Program-made: the position numbers and the translations under genes
Notes under the pieces: model-generated
The model's input: the letters and a program-made list of their open reading frames with translations, nothing else
The model's database searches: none
What the model was told of the DNA's origin: nothing
Assembly (NCBI GenBank): GCA_964648105.1
Contig: CAZYMH010000002.1
Coordinates: 118,101 to 182,100 of the forward strand
DNA: 64,000 bases
Direction of reading: 5' to 3'
From: an uncultured Candidatus Saccharibacteria bacterium
GTDB taxonomy: Bacteria > Patescibacteriota > Saccharimonadia > Saccharimonadales > 2-12-FULL-41-12
Part shown: one piece after another, positions 7,436 to 15,669 of the stretch
How positions within the stretch are numbered: the first letter of the stretch is position 1
How the letters are laid out: every line of letters begins with the position of its first letter

Positions 7436-8477
7436 CAGCCTGACGGAGGCGCTCCAGCGCCCCTTCGGCGCAGCGAGCCGCAAAGAGCTCCTCGAGGAGT
7501 ACTTCGCCTCGGCGGGTTCGATCACCGCAGACAACGCCTGGCAGCACGTCTACCGGTTGCTGCTCTGGACGGACCAGACGACCGGACTGGCCCACTGCTA
7601 CGAGAGCGACAAGACGCAGCCCGGCCGGCCCTGGTACGCGCGGTCGCTGGCGTTCCATGGATGGGCAGCGGATCAACTCGGGTCGTCGCCGGCCGAGCTG
7701 TCGTTGGCGATCGACTGGCTGTTCCGGCGGGGCACCGAACGTCTGACTGAAGCGCTCGCGTCTCGGGAGGGACGGCTGGCGAAGCAGGCCGCCAAACAGC
7801 GCACCGGGTTCGAGGACTACCCGGTCCCAGGAGAGGATCCGGAGCTTGAGAAGTTGCTCTTGGAGGACTTCGGCGGGTGGCTGCGGGAGAGGCCTTCGGA
7901 AGAAGCACTCCTCGCCATCACTCGTCGTCTGGGCGCCTACTTCCGCCTAGAGAACAAGCGAAAGAACCTCGTTGGGGAGGGGTTCGAGGACGTCCTGCAA
8001 GCCCTCGTCCTCCGGTTGCGCACCAGCTCGACGGTCTTCGTGATGGTTCGCCCCGTCCTCCACGACGTCCCGGGGTTCCGACACCCACCGGCAAACGAGA
8101 AGCCCCGGAAGGTTGATCTGGTGATCATCACCCAGACCGGCAGGCGCATCTTGGTCTCTGCCAAGTGGAGTGTCCGGGCCGACCGGGAGGAGCAGTTCGA
8201 GGTCGACTATGCGACCTATGCTCGGTTGGAGGAGCACGGCGAAGACTTCGACTTCGTCCTGATCACCAACGAGTTCGATGCCGCTCGACTCGGAGCCGCC
8301 TGCGATCGCCGCCGAGAGGGGCGGGCCCTCTTCTCGTCCGTCGTTCACGTGAACCCAGAAGGTCCGCTCGCAGCCTACGGCTCCGAGCTTCGACGGTCGG
8401 CTGAGCGCCTGCCCGTACTGGTCGAGAGCGGCCGACTGGCTAGCCTTGGGGCATGGCTCAAGAGCCTGGAGCTGTAG
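7416..8477 (+). CDS. Putative type II restriction endonuclease (PD-(D/E)XK-like), start uncertain (GTG 7416 or TTG 7428)
   Basis: It overlaps the methyltransferase stop and sits between the M gene and vsr. The pattern EGFEDVL...KVDLVI...VSAKWSVR is consistent with a D...(D/E)xK core. The ORF-track N-terminal extension from 7083 lies inside the M gene in another frame. Confidence 0.55.
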   Translation: MWRRLPDSLTEALQRPFGAASRKELLEEYFASAGSITADNAWQHVYRLLLWTDQTTGLAHCYESDKTQPGRPWYARSLAFHGWAADQLGSSPAELSLAIDWLFRRGTERLTEALASREGRLAKQAAKQRTGFEDYPVPGEDPELEKLLLEDFGGWLRERPSEEALLAITRRLGAYFRLENKRKNLVGEGFEDVLQALVLRLRTSSTVFVMVRPVLHDVPGFRHPPANEKPRKVDLVIITQTGRRILVSAKWSVRADREEQFEVDYATYARLEEHGEDFDFVLITNEFDAARLGAACDRRREGRALFSSVVHVNPEGPLAAYGSELRRSAERLPVLVESGRLASLGAWLKSLEL

Positions 8478-8911
8478 GCCGGACGATGCCGACGCCTGGC
8501 CGGTCGCGGAACATGGCGGCCATTCGAAGCAAGGACACCAAGCCGGAGCTTCTCTTGCGGCGGGCACTCTGGGCCGCGGGTCTGCGGGGCTACCGGTGCC
8601 ATCATCCTGGCTTGCCCGGGAAACCGGACATCGCCTTCACCAAGCAGAAGGTAGCGATCTTCGTCGACGGGGCCTTCTGGCATGGCCACCCCGAGCACTT
8701 CGCGTTCGGGAAGCTGGGCGCGTACTGGGACGAGAAGGTGAGGCGAACCCAAGAGCGGGATCGGCTTCAGCAGGAAGCGCTAAACGCTTTGGGCTACCGA
8801 GTACTGCGGTTCTGGGACTTCGAACTCCAAGTCAGCACCCGTCCTGCGGTTGAGCGTATAACGGCAAGACTCACCGGTCGAAAACTAGCTGGCGCCCGCA
8901 GATCGAATTGA
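8453..8911 (+). CDS. vsr: Very-short-patch repair endonuclease
   Basis: RSRNMAAIRSKDTKPELLLRRALWAAGLRGYR...GKPDIAF...VAIFVDGAFWHGHP is the Vsr signature. The true start may be the ATG at 8486. Confidence 0.9.
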   Translation: MAQEPGAVGRTMPTPGRSRNMAAIRSKDTKPELLLRRALWAAGLRGYRCHHPGLPGKPDIAFTKQKVAIFVDGAFWHGHPEHFAFGKLGAYWDEKVRRTQERDRLQQEALNALGYRVLRFWDFELQVSTRPAVERITARLTGRKLAGARRSN

Positions 8912-9328
8912 TCGAAACGTATCGGGTGCGACACTGATGCGAAGGGTTCCATCAGCAGCGCGCGAGAAGCTGCTATTGCCGACTGCGTCCAATGAAATCC
9001 GCCCCAGAGCCAGGGCTCGAATCGCTTCAAGAGCCTCCAGGCCTTCGGGACCGTCAAGACTCACGCCATCGCCATCGCCATCGCCATCGGCGTCGCCATC
9101 TGCCGGCTCGGGGTCTGCGTCTGCGTAAGGATCGTCGTCCAGGGCGTCCGGAAACGCACGCAGGTATTTTTCTAGCTCCGGCGCCATAATCCCGGTTCGC
9201 TTCTTGGCTGCTCGATAGAGAGCAGCAAGGTTCGCTTCATCTACGGCGGGCACGGCAACTACCTCAAACCCCATCTCCTCGGCACTAGCCTGCTCGGCCG
9301 TTCTCCGAACCCACTGCCAGCCTAGCAT
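8885..9328 (-). CDS. Acidic protein with (DG)n repeat, unknown function
   Basis: 147 aa with a central DDDPYADADPEPADGDADGDGDGDG tract. It has its own AT-rich upstream region (9329-9395). Confidence 0.45.
   Translation of the reverse strand: MLGWQWVRRTAEQASAEEMGFEVVAVPAVDEANLAALYRAAKKRTGIMAPELEKYLRAFPDALDDDPYADADPEPADGDADGDGDGDGVSLDGPEGLEALEAIRALALGRISLDAVGNSSFSRAADGTLRISVAPDTFRSIRSAGAS
9065..9100. repeat. Hexanucleotide tandem repeat (GCCATC)4-GGCGTC-GCCATC
   Basis: Read directly from the sequence. It encodes the DG repeat of the 8885-9328 ORF on the minus strand. Confidence 0.8.
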
Positions 9329-9395
9329 GTCACCCTTTCAGATTTATTCATATTCTCTCACTATACACACCTGCGCCCGTGATTGCAACTTATGC

Positions 9396-10259
9396 CTACA
9401 CCGCGAGTGAGCTCGCCATAGTCCTAGCGAGCTCCGCAAGACGAGCTTGCGCTTTCGCATCTTCGGTGAGCGGTGTCGATCCGCGCAGGCAGCTGTTAGC
9501 ACTAATACTCACGCAGCCGATAGCTTCGCCGCTATCAGCGTCGTGAACAATCTGAGCGATCACATAACGGTACTTTGCGGCAAGGGCAACTGCTTCCTCG
9601 CGACTGAGGCCGTGAGTACGCGCTGGCCCAAGAGCTGCCCATGCCTGGTCGGAGCCCAACGCCGAGGCGTAGGGCTCCTTGGTCGTGTCGAGACCAAGAC
9701 AGGCCGCTTCTACGTCGTCATCCGTTACGCCCGCAAGGCACGCGCCGACGATTCCTCGCCCCTTCGCGAAGCGAATATTGGTTGGAGCCGGCTTAACGAG
9801 GGCGGCTGCGGCTGCGCGTCCCAACGTTGGTCGAAGAGCGTATTTGGCAAGCCTCGCCCACCGGGGGGTGGATGCCCGCCTTCGCAACCACTGGCGGAGC
9901 CGGAAGGGAAAGAGGCGGCGGTACCAGACCGGCACCTCCCAAACATGTACCACGACATTCAATGTCACCGGCCCCAGTCGCCTATTTTTGCACACAGCGA
10001 GAAGCGTCTCCTGCGCTAGGGCGTGAATGCGATCTCCTCTAAGGGGCCGCTTTGGCCGAACAAACTGCAGCAACACACGCGCGCGTTGAATCGCTGCAGC
10101 TGCTCCCAAGACTATGGCTGAGCCAACTCCCGTCCACGACACAGGCGATAGGCTGAGCGAAAGCGAGATGGCGAATGCTGCAACGACGATGGCAATGCCG
10201 ACGGACGCGCCGATGAGACGACCCGGGGTCACAGCGACGTCTCCCGACAGCCGCTCCAT
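9396..10259 (-). CDS. Two-TM membrane-anchored protein with GAF-like C-terminal domain
   Basis: The N-terminus has two hydrophobic helices. The C-terminus has KGRGIVGACLAG and a terminal ...IAQIVHDADSGEAIGCVSISA pattern resembling GAF domains. Confidence 0.4.
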   Translation of the reverse strand: MERLSGDVAVTPGRLIGASVGIAIVVAAFAISLSLSLSPVSWTGVGSAIVLGAAAAIQRARVLLQFVRPKRPLRGDRIHALAQETLLAVCKNRRLGPVTLNVVVHVWEVPVWYRRLFPFRLRQWLRRRASTPRWARLAKYALRPTLGRAAAAALVKPAPTNIRFAKGRGIVGACLAGVTDDDVEAACLGLDTTKEPYASALGSDQAWAALGPARTHGLSREEAVALAAKYRYVIAQIVHDADSGEAIGCVSISANSCLRGSTPLTEDAKAQARLAELARTMASSLAV

Positions 10260-10278
10260 CGACTCATGGTGAGATCAC

Positions 10279-10779
10279 TCACTCGCGTATCCGATTCACG
10301 ACGTAGAACGGCATCCCGGAGTGTTGCTCAAATCCGAGTCGAATCAGTGCATGGTGAAGCTCTTGATTGAGTTGAGTGATGCACGCCACCCCACGGAGTG
10401 GAGATTCCGGGCGACGACGGTTGAGGCTGTCGGCGAAGTCGAAGCCATGTCTTACCAGCCGGGCAAATGCTGGGGTATTCTGGAACGCCCTATCTACACC
10501 AACGGCAGGGACGAGCAGATAGCGCCCTATCGCATCTGATCCTGGAACGGTCAGTTCAATCTCGGAGAGAGCGATGTAGGCGATGACCTCGCGATCGGGT
10601 CTTGCCAGGGCGTAGGCGGTTGCGCCGCCGCCGGATAGGAGCTCGGAGTGGAGAGCACGAAGCTCCGCGTTGAACGCCTCGCTTCCACAATCAAAGCGAT
10701 CGACTATGTGGTGCGTGCAGAGATTCTCCAGGTTGAGATCAGATGGCAGCAAGAAAGGCGTCCCTATCCCATTCCCCAA
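10279..10779 (-). CDS. GNAT-fold protein resembling TacT/KacT-type acetyltransferase toxins (acetyl-CoA motif degenerate)
   Basis: The N-terminal DRFDCGSEAFNAELRAL matches the F-x-C-G-x-x-x-L-N/D-x-x-L signature. The later VGVDRAFQNTPAFARLV lacks the usual Q/RxxGxG/A. Confidence 0.5.
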   Translation of the reverse strand: MGNGIGTPFLLPSDLNLENLCTHHIVDRFDCGSEAFNAELRALHSELLSGGGATAYALARPDREVIAYIALSEIELTVPGSDAIGRYLLVPAVGVDRAFQNTPAFARLVRHGFDFADSLNRRRPESPLRGVACITQLNQELHHALIRLGFEQHSGMPFYVVNRIRE

Positions 10780-11566
10780 CCCGCGCCAGTCGGTACCGCA
10801 GCTCCCGTGCCTGCGCCTCGGTCACCTCGCCGCTCCATCCGGCGAGCCGGATCAGTCCTTCGGCGCTGAACTCCGCCTCGCCGTGGAGGATGGCGCTGCC
10901 GTAACGCACCAAGTAGCGGTCGAGGTTGGTCAAGAGCCGAGCCAGGAACCACAGGGCGCCGCCAGCCGCCTCTTGGAAGCGGGCGTCCTCGCCTTCGACG
11001 TCCCGCCACCGTTCTCGCTCGATGAGCTCGGCCCGGAGTCCGTAGACATCGCTCCAGATCCGGCTCAGGAGCACCTCGTGCTCAGCGCGCTCCGGATCTG
11101 CGAGGTCTTCGGGCTCGATCGTCGGGGTATCGCCGGAGGCTTCGGCGGGAGGCTGCTTCCGTCCCCGGGGCACGTACGTCAGCGAGTCCTGGTGCAGGAG
11201 CCACGCGAGGTCACTCAGGATCTTGGGCTCGATGCGCTTCCGAAAGTGGTCGGCGTCGTAGCCAAGGGCTGAAGCGGCGCTCTGGCGCCGGGTGGTCAGG
11301 TTCTGGCCACTGGTGCCGCCAATGCCGAAGAGCGCCTGTGCTGCCGCCTGACGGTCCCGTCCCCCGGGGAGCCGGCGCAGCTGCTGTCGAGCGAGCTTGT
11401 CGAGGGCGGCGACTTGGGCCAGCTGATCGTCCGGGTTCACCGCTCGGGCTGCAACGCCTCGCAGATCGAGGAGGCGCTCATCAGCGGTGTCGGGGGTGAT
11501 AGGCAAGCCGCGTCTCAGGGTCGTCCGGAGGGCGGAGACGAGCGGATCGAGGTCCGGTTCGGCCAT
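10739..11566 (-). CDS. Hypothetical protein (275 aa), first gene of cargo operon
   Basis: The internal ATG at 11566 is preceded by GGAGGAG. The ORF-track extension up to 11773 is Arg/Pro/Cys-rich and unlikely to be coding. The gene overlaps the GNAT gene start by 41 nt. Confidence 0.5.
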   Translation of the reverse strand: MAEPDLDPLVSALRTTLRRGLPITPDTADERLLDLRGVAARAVNPDDQLAQVAALDKLARQQLRRLPGGRDRQAAAQALFGIGGTSGQNLTTRRQSAASALGYDADHFRKRIEPKILSDLAWLLHQDSLTYVPRGRKQPPAEASGDTPTIEPEDLADPERAEHEVLLSRIWSDVYGLRAELIERERWRDVEGEDARFQEAAGGALWFLARLLTNLDRYLVRYGSAILHGEAEFSAEGLIRLAGWSGEVTEAQARELRYRLARVGEWDRDAFLAAI

Positions 11567-11752
11567 CTCCTCCGTCCAGTTGCGGTTCAGCGGCGCAACC
11601 GTACTACGGGCGGCGGCCGTTCCGAACCTGGACGGACGAGCAGGACGCCCAGGATGTGCCCACTCGCACGCCTGGAGAGTGCCCAGTCCCGGGTCGCATC
11701 CTCTGGCCCAGATCGGTTCAACAGGAGAACCGCACGGGCTGGCGAGGGATGC

Positions 11753-12061
11753 ATGTCGAACCTCATTCCCCAAGGTCTTGGGCCTTCGGGTCTGCCTGCC
11801 CGGGTGGAGCGTCAGCTCTCCCGGCAGGTGGCCACGATTCAGGCCAGGGCGGTCGTTCAGGCGGCTCAGCAGTCGTCGAAGGTGGCGGTGATCGAGGAGG
11901 TGGTGGAGTCGGCGATGCTGGCTACCGCCCGTGTCGGTCAGCTGGAGGGGCTGCTTAGTGCCCAGACTCCGGAGGTTGCCGGGCGGCTGCGGTTCATCGC
12001 TGAGGCCGGCGCCCTCGGGATGGGCGGGGTCGTCCAGCAGACCGCCCGGAAGGTGATGTAG
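11753..12061 (+). CDS. Hypothetical protein (102 aa), first gene of transfer-side operon
   Basis: ATG within the 11414-12061 frame. Ala/Gln-rich helical sequence. It is followed 2 nt later by the next ORF. Confidence 0.45.
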   Translation: MSNLIPQGLGPSGLPARVERQLSRQVATIQARAVVQAAQQSSKVAVIEEVVESAMLATARVGQLEGLLSAQTPEVAGRLRFIAEAGALGMGGVVQQTARKVM

Positions 12062-12063
12062 CC

Positions 12064-12285
12064 ATGTTCATCCTGGGCTTCATCGTTGGGGCTGTGGTGA
12101 TCGCCGCGGTGTTCGTCGCCCTGGTGCACCTGGTCGGGCGGAACGAGGAGTCGCCGCAGATGGCGGCGCTGTTGGCCCGTCGCCGGATCGATGAGCTGGA
12201 GCGGCAGACGATCGCGCGGATGCTGCGTGAGGCGGAGATCCAGCGTGGCTTTGGCGGTGACTTCATCGAATCGGACGCCTCATGA
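12064..12285 (+). CDS. Small single-TM protein
   Basis: MFILGFIVGAVVIAAVFVALVHLV... followed by a charged tail. ATGA overlap with the next ORF. Confidence 0.5.
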   Translation: MFILGFIVGAVVIAAVFVALVHLVGRNEESPQMAALLARRRIDELERQTIARMLREAEIQRGFGGDFIESDAS

Positions 12286-12440
12286 AGCTCTACGGCCCAC
12301 TGGTTCAAGGGCTCCTGGTGCTCATGGTCTTTGCCGTGGCGGTGCGAGCGGTGTGGGAGCTGCTCGCACCGGCCCTGATGCCCATGAGCATCGTGGCCGT
12401 GGTGGTCACCGCCCTCGTGGCGCTATGGAAGCGACGGTGA
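12282..12440 (+). CDS. Small two-TM protein (52 aa, below ORF-track cutoff)
   Basis: MKLYGPLVQGLLVLMVFAVAVRAVWELLAPALMPMSIVAVVVTALVALWKRR. Start is coupled (ATGA) to the previous stop. Confidence 0.45.
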   Translation: MKLYGPLVQGLLVLMVFAVAVRAVWELLAPALMPMSIVAVVVTALVALWKRR

Positions 12441-12662
12441 CGCGTGCTCGCGCCGAGCGTTCACAAGGCCTGTATGGAGCGCGTTCACCGCTTCGAGCCG
12501 GTGCTTGTTGTCAATTCCACATGCACAAACGTCTTGACTGTCGTGCGTGTGCGACGCATAACAACAAGTAGGGGTTGTCCATGTTGGGCATCGCACCGCA
12601 GGAGTGTGCGGCGGGCGGTGGGCATGGACGCCCCTTGTATGTGTAAGTGGAGGGACTCATGG

Positions 12663-13247
12663 ATGAGACAGATCGAGGAGGGGAACGGACTCCCTGAAGG
12701 GCTGGCGGTACCGACCGCCGATCAGGTGTTCATGGAGCTGCAGCTGGTCACCCGGCGGCTGCGCAGCGTGCAGCGGCTCATCGGGCCGCTGGCGGTCAGC
12801 GAAGCCGGTCCGGAGTGGGCCGAGCTGCAGGAGCACTGTCAGGTGGCGCTGGGCGCACTCAGCGTGGCCGGGGCGATGGTGCCGGATGCGCTGCCCGAGC
12901 ATGAGCGGACTTCGCGTGTCCTGGTCGTCCGGGATCTGACAGTGGATCAGCATGCTCACCGGGCATGGTTCGGAGAGCAGGAATTGGAGCTGGCCGGGTT
13001 GGAGTTCGGCCTGCTCGGCGCCTTGGCAATCGACCCGCTGCGCGTCCGTTCCAAGCAGGAGCTGCTGCGCAGCGTGTGGGGGTATCGCGGCACGCCGCGT
13101 ACCCGCACGGTGGACAGCCACGCCTCGCGGCTTAGGCGAAAGCTCATCGACGCTGGTGCCGGGGGCCATGAGTGGGTGGTCAACCAGTGGGGCGTCGGAT
13201 ACGCCCTGCTGCGGCCAGCCGAGATCTCCGGGGAGGTGCCCCGGTGA
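12663..13247 (+). CDS. Winged-helix (OmpR/Trans_reg_C-type) DNA-binding protein
   Basis: GGAGGG lies 8 nt before the ATG at 12663. The C-terminus LELAGLEFGLLGALAIDPLRVRSKQELLRSVWGY...RTVDSHASRLRRKL...VVNQWGVGYAL is a Trans_reg_C pattern. Confidence 0.7.
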   Translation: MRQIEEGNGLPEGLAVPTADQVFMELQLVTRRLRSVQRLIGPLAVSEAGPEWAELQEHCQVALGALSVAGAMVPDALPEHERTSRVLVVRDLTVDQHAHRAWFGEQELELAGLEFGLLGALAIDPLRVRSKQELLRSVWGYRGTPRTRTVDSHASRLRRKLIDAGAGGHEWVVNQWGVGYALLRPAEISGEVPR

Positions 13248-13420
13248 CCCGACGCAGTGTTCGCGTGCGCCCCATTCCGAGAACCAACGTCGATGTGCCG
13301 AGGCTCAGCCGGGCGCTGTTGGCCATGGCGCGGGAGCTGGAGGCACAGGCCGACGAGGACGCTGCCCAGGCCCGGGAGCAGCAGGTAACGGTGTCGCCTT
13401 CGACGGAGGAGGCGGCGTGA
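13244..13420 (+). CDS. Small hypothetical protein (58 aa)
   Basis: GTG start overlaps the previous stop (GTGA), and its own stop overlaps the next GTG start. Confidence 0.4.
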   Translation: MTRRSVRVRPIPRTNVDVPRLSRALLAMARELEAQADEDAAQAREQQVTVSPSTEEAA

Positions 13421-15669
13421 TCGGCGTCGCGGTCTTCGTGGTGGCGGCCCTGGTCATCGTCGGACTGGTTGCGGCAGCTCGAGCGCTTGACGCGGCTACC
13501 TGGCGAAAAGGACTGGTCGTCTACCGCGTCCGCTTTCCCAGAGGCGTGAAGGCCGAGCAGGTGGCGTCCTGGTTGTCGGCGTTGCCTCCCTCTTCAGGGG
13601 TGCTCGGCCAGGCCCCCATTGGACTGGAGGTGACGGCCACCGAGGCGGGCATCGTCCACCATCTGCTGCTGCCCAAGAAGCAGGCCGAGACCCTGTGCGT
13701 TCAGCTCCAGACGGCCATCGGCGGCGTGCGCTTGGAGAAGACCGACAAGGAAGTCCTGGGCGCCGCGAGCCAAATGCGAGGGGTTGAGCTGCGGGCGACG
13801 TCGCGGAGCTTCCCGCTGGCGGTTGACCGTGTGGAGTCCTCGGCCGCCGCCTTGCTGGCCTCATTAGTGCCGCTATCGCGCGGTGAGGTGATACGGCTGC
13901 AGTGGCTGCTTGTCGGTGCACCTGTTCCGGGGGTGGTGCGGCGTCGGAAGAAGAACGACTCAACGTTCGACCTTGGCCGGCTGTCGGACAGCGAGGAGCT
14001 GCGGGGACTTCGCCAGAAGCACAGTGCGCTGCTGCTCAACGCGACCCTGCGCGTCGGGGTGACGGCCTCGGGTGAGGGCCGCCGCCGGCAGCTTGTGGCC
14101 CGGGCACGGGCTGGGCTGTCGGTGATGGATGCGCCGGGCATGCGCCTGCGGGCGTCGTGGGTTCCGTCGGGTGTTGTGGTGGAGCGGATCCAGCGGCAGG
14201 TGCTGCCGCTGTTGGTCTGGCCGTTGAGCCTCAACGTTCGGGAACTGGTGGGGCTGCTTGGGGTCCCGATCGGGGAGGTGGACTTGCCGGGACTGTCGCT
14301 GGGGGCGGCCCGACAGGTTGCCGCTCCGGTTGGAGCGCTGCGGCGAGGGGTGCTGGTGGCGCGCAGCGATCACGCCCTGACCTTGGACCGGGAGCTGCGC
14401 CTGGAGGTCGATGACCGGCTCCGGCATCTGCACGTCATCGGGCCGACCGGGGTTGGTAAGAGCACGCTGCTGGCCTCACTGGCCCTGCAGGACATTGCAG
14501 CGGATCGGGCCGTCGTGGTCATCGACCCCAAGCGGGACCTGGTGGAGACCATCCTGCGGCGGGTGCCGGAGAACCGGATCGGTGACGTGGTGGTGCTTGA
14601 CCCGGTGGATCTCTCGCGTCCGGTGGGCCTGAACGTGCTCGCCGGTGGCAGGTCGGTGGTCGGGCAGGAACTGGCGGCCGAGCACCTGCTCGGTGTACTG
14701 CGCGATGTCTTCGCTGAAGCGTGGGGACCGCGGACGGACGATGTTCTTCGCGCGGGCCTAAGAACCCTGACGGCCACCAAGGCCAGGGACGGGTCGCGGT
14801 TCACGCTGTGTGAGCTGCCGGAGCTACTGAGTGATCCGGGGTTCCGACGCTCGGTGCTCTCGCAGCCCTCGGTGCCGGAGGCGCTGCGGGGGTTCTGGCA
14901 GTGGTTCGAGGCGGTCAGCGAAGGCGAACGGGCCTCGGTGGTCGCTCCGCCGCTCAACAAGCTGCGGGCCTTCACCACCAGGACCCCAATCCGCCTGTGC
15001 CTCGGACAGAGCGAGGGGTTCGAGCTGCGGCGGGTGTTCACGGATCGCAAGATCCTGCTGGTGCCGCTCTCGGGAGGGGAGCTCGGGGCAGCGACCTCCC
15101 AGCTGCTGGGCGCCCTGATCGTGGCGGGGTTGTGGCAGGCCACCCTCGCCCGGACTCGCGTCGCTGCCGAGCGGCGTCATCCGGTGTTCGTGTTCCTGGA
15201 TGAGTTCCAGGACATCGTGCGGTTGCCGTTGCCGATCGGCGACATGCTGGCCCAGGCCCGAGGGCTCGGGGTCGGGCTGACGCTGGCCCATCAGTACCTC
15301 GATCAGCTGCCGAGGGACGTGCGCACCGGGGTGATGGGAACGGTGCGGTCCCGGGTGGCCTTCCAGCTCGGACAGGACGATGCCCGACACCTGGAGGCCG
15401 GATTCGCGCCGGCACTGGCCGCGGAGGACCTGCGGGGGCTTCCCGCCTGGCACGTGGCACTGCGAGCCGTTGACCACGGGGAGGTGCTGCGACCGGTCAC
15501 CGGGCGAACCGACCCTCTGGCGGGGCCGAGTCTGGCTGCCGGCGTCGTTGCGCGCCTGAGCCGCGAGGGCTTCGGGACACCGCGTGCGTCGGTGGAACGG
15601 GCTCTGCGAGAGCGGGTCGCCGGAGCGGTTCAGGACGTACCGCTGGGCAGAAAGCGAGACGCAGCGTGA
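13417..15669 (+). CDS. Type IV coupling protein (TraD/VirD4/TcpA-like, TraM-recognition-domain type)
   Basis: GGAGGAGG RBS and an N-terminal TM helix. Walker A is VIGPTGVGKST and Walker B is VFVFLDEFQD. The ORF-track extension from 12952 overlaps upstream genes. Confidence 0.8.
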   Translation: MIGVAVFVVAALVIVGLVAAARALDAATWRKGLVVYRVRFPRGVKAEQVASWLSALPPSSGVLGQAPIGLEVTATEAGIVHHLLLPKKQAETLCVQLQTAIGGVRLEKTDKEVLGAASQMRGVELRATSRSFPLAVDRVESSAAALLASLVPLSRGEVIRLQWLLVGAPVPGVVRRRKKNDSTFDLGRLSDSEELRGLRQKHSALLLNATLRVGVTASGEGRRRQLVARARAGLSVMDAPGMRLRASWVPSGVVVERIQRQVLPLLVWPLSLNVRELVGLLGVPIGEVDLPGLSLGAARQVAAPVGALRRGVLVARSDHALTLDRELRLEVDDRLRHLHVIGPTGVGKSTLLASLALQDIAADRAVVVIDPKRDLVETILRRVPENRIGDVVVLDPVDLSRPVGLNVLAGGRSVVGQELAAEHLLGVLRDVFAEAWGPRTDDVLRAGLRTLTATKARDGSRFTLCELPELLSDPGFRRSVLSQPSVPEALRGFWQWFEAVSEGERASVVAPPLNKLRAFTTRTPIRLCLGQSEGFELRRVFTDRKILLVPLSGGELGAATSQLLGALIVAGLWQATLARTRVAAERRHPVFVFLDEFQDIVRLPLPIGDMLAQARGLGVGLTLAHQYLDQLPRDVRTGVMGTVRSRVAFQLGQDDARHLEAGFAPALAAEDLRGLPAWHVALRAVDHGEVLRPVTGRTDPLAGPSLAAGVVARLSREGFGTPRASVERALRERVAGAVQDVPLGRKRDAA

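Noticed and set aside
6083-7534. 483-aa minus-strand ORF covering the whole methyltransferase gene
   Set aside because: It is antisense to a gene with all C5-MTase motifs. Its translation is Arg/Pro/Gly-rich with no motifs. This is the typical stop-poor antisense frame of GC-rich DNA.
13496-15500. Several long minus-strand and alternative-frame ORFs (e.g. 13701-14234, 14370-15143, 14824-15477, 15038-15460) inside the T4CP gene
   Set aside because: All overlap the plus-strand gene carrying Walker A/B motifs and have Arg/Pro/Ser-biased low-complexity translations. They are artefacts of high GC content.
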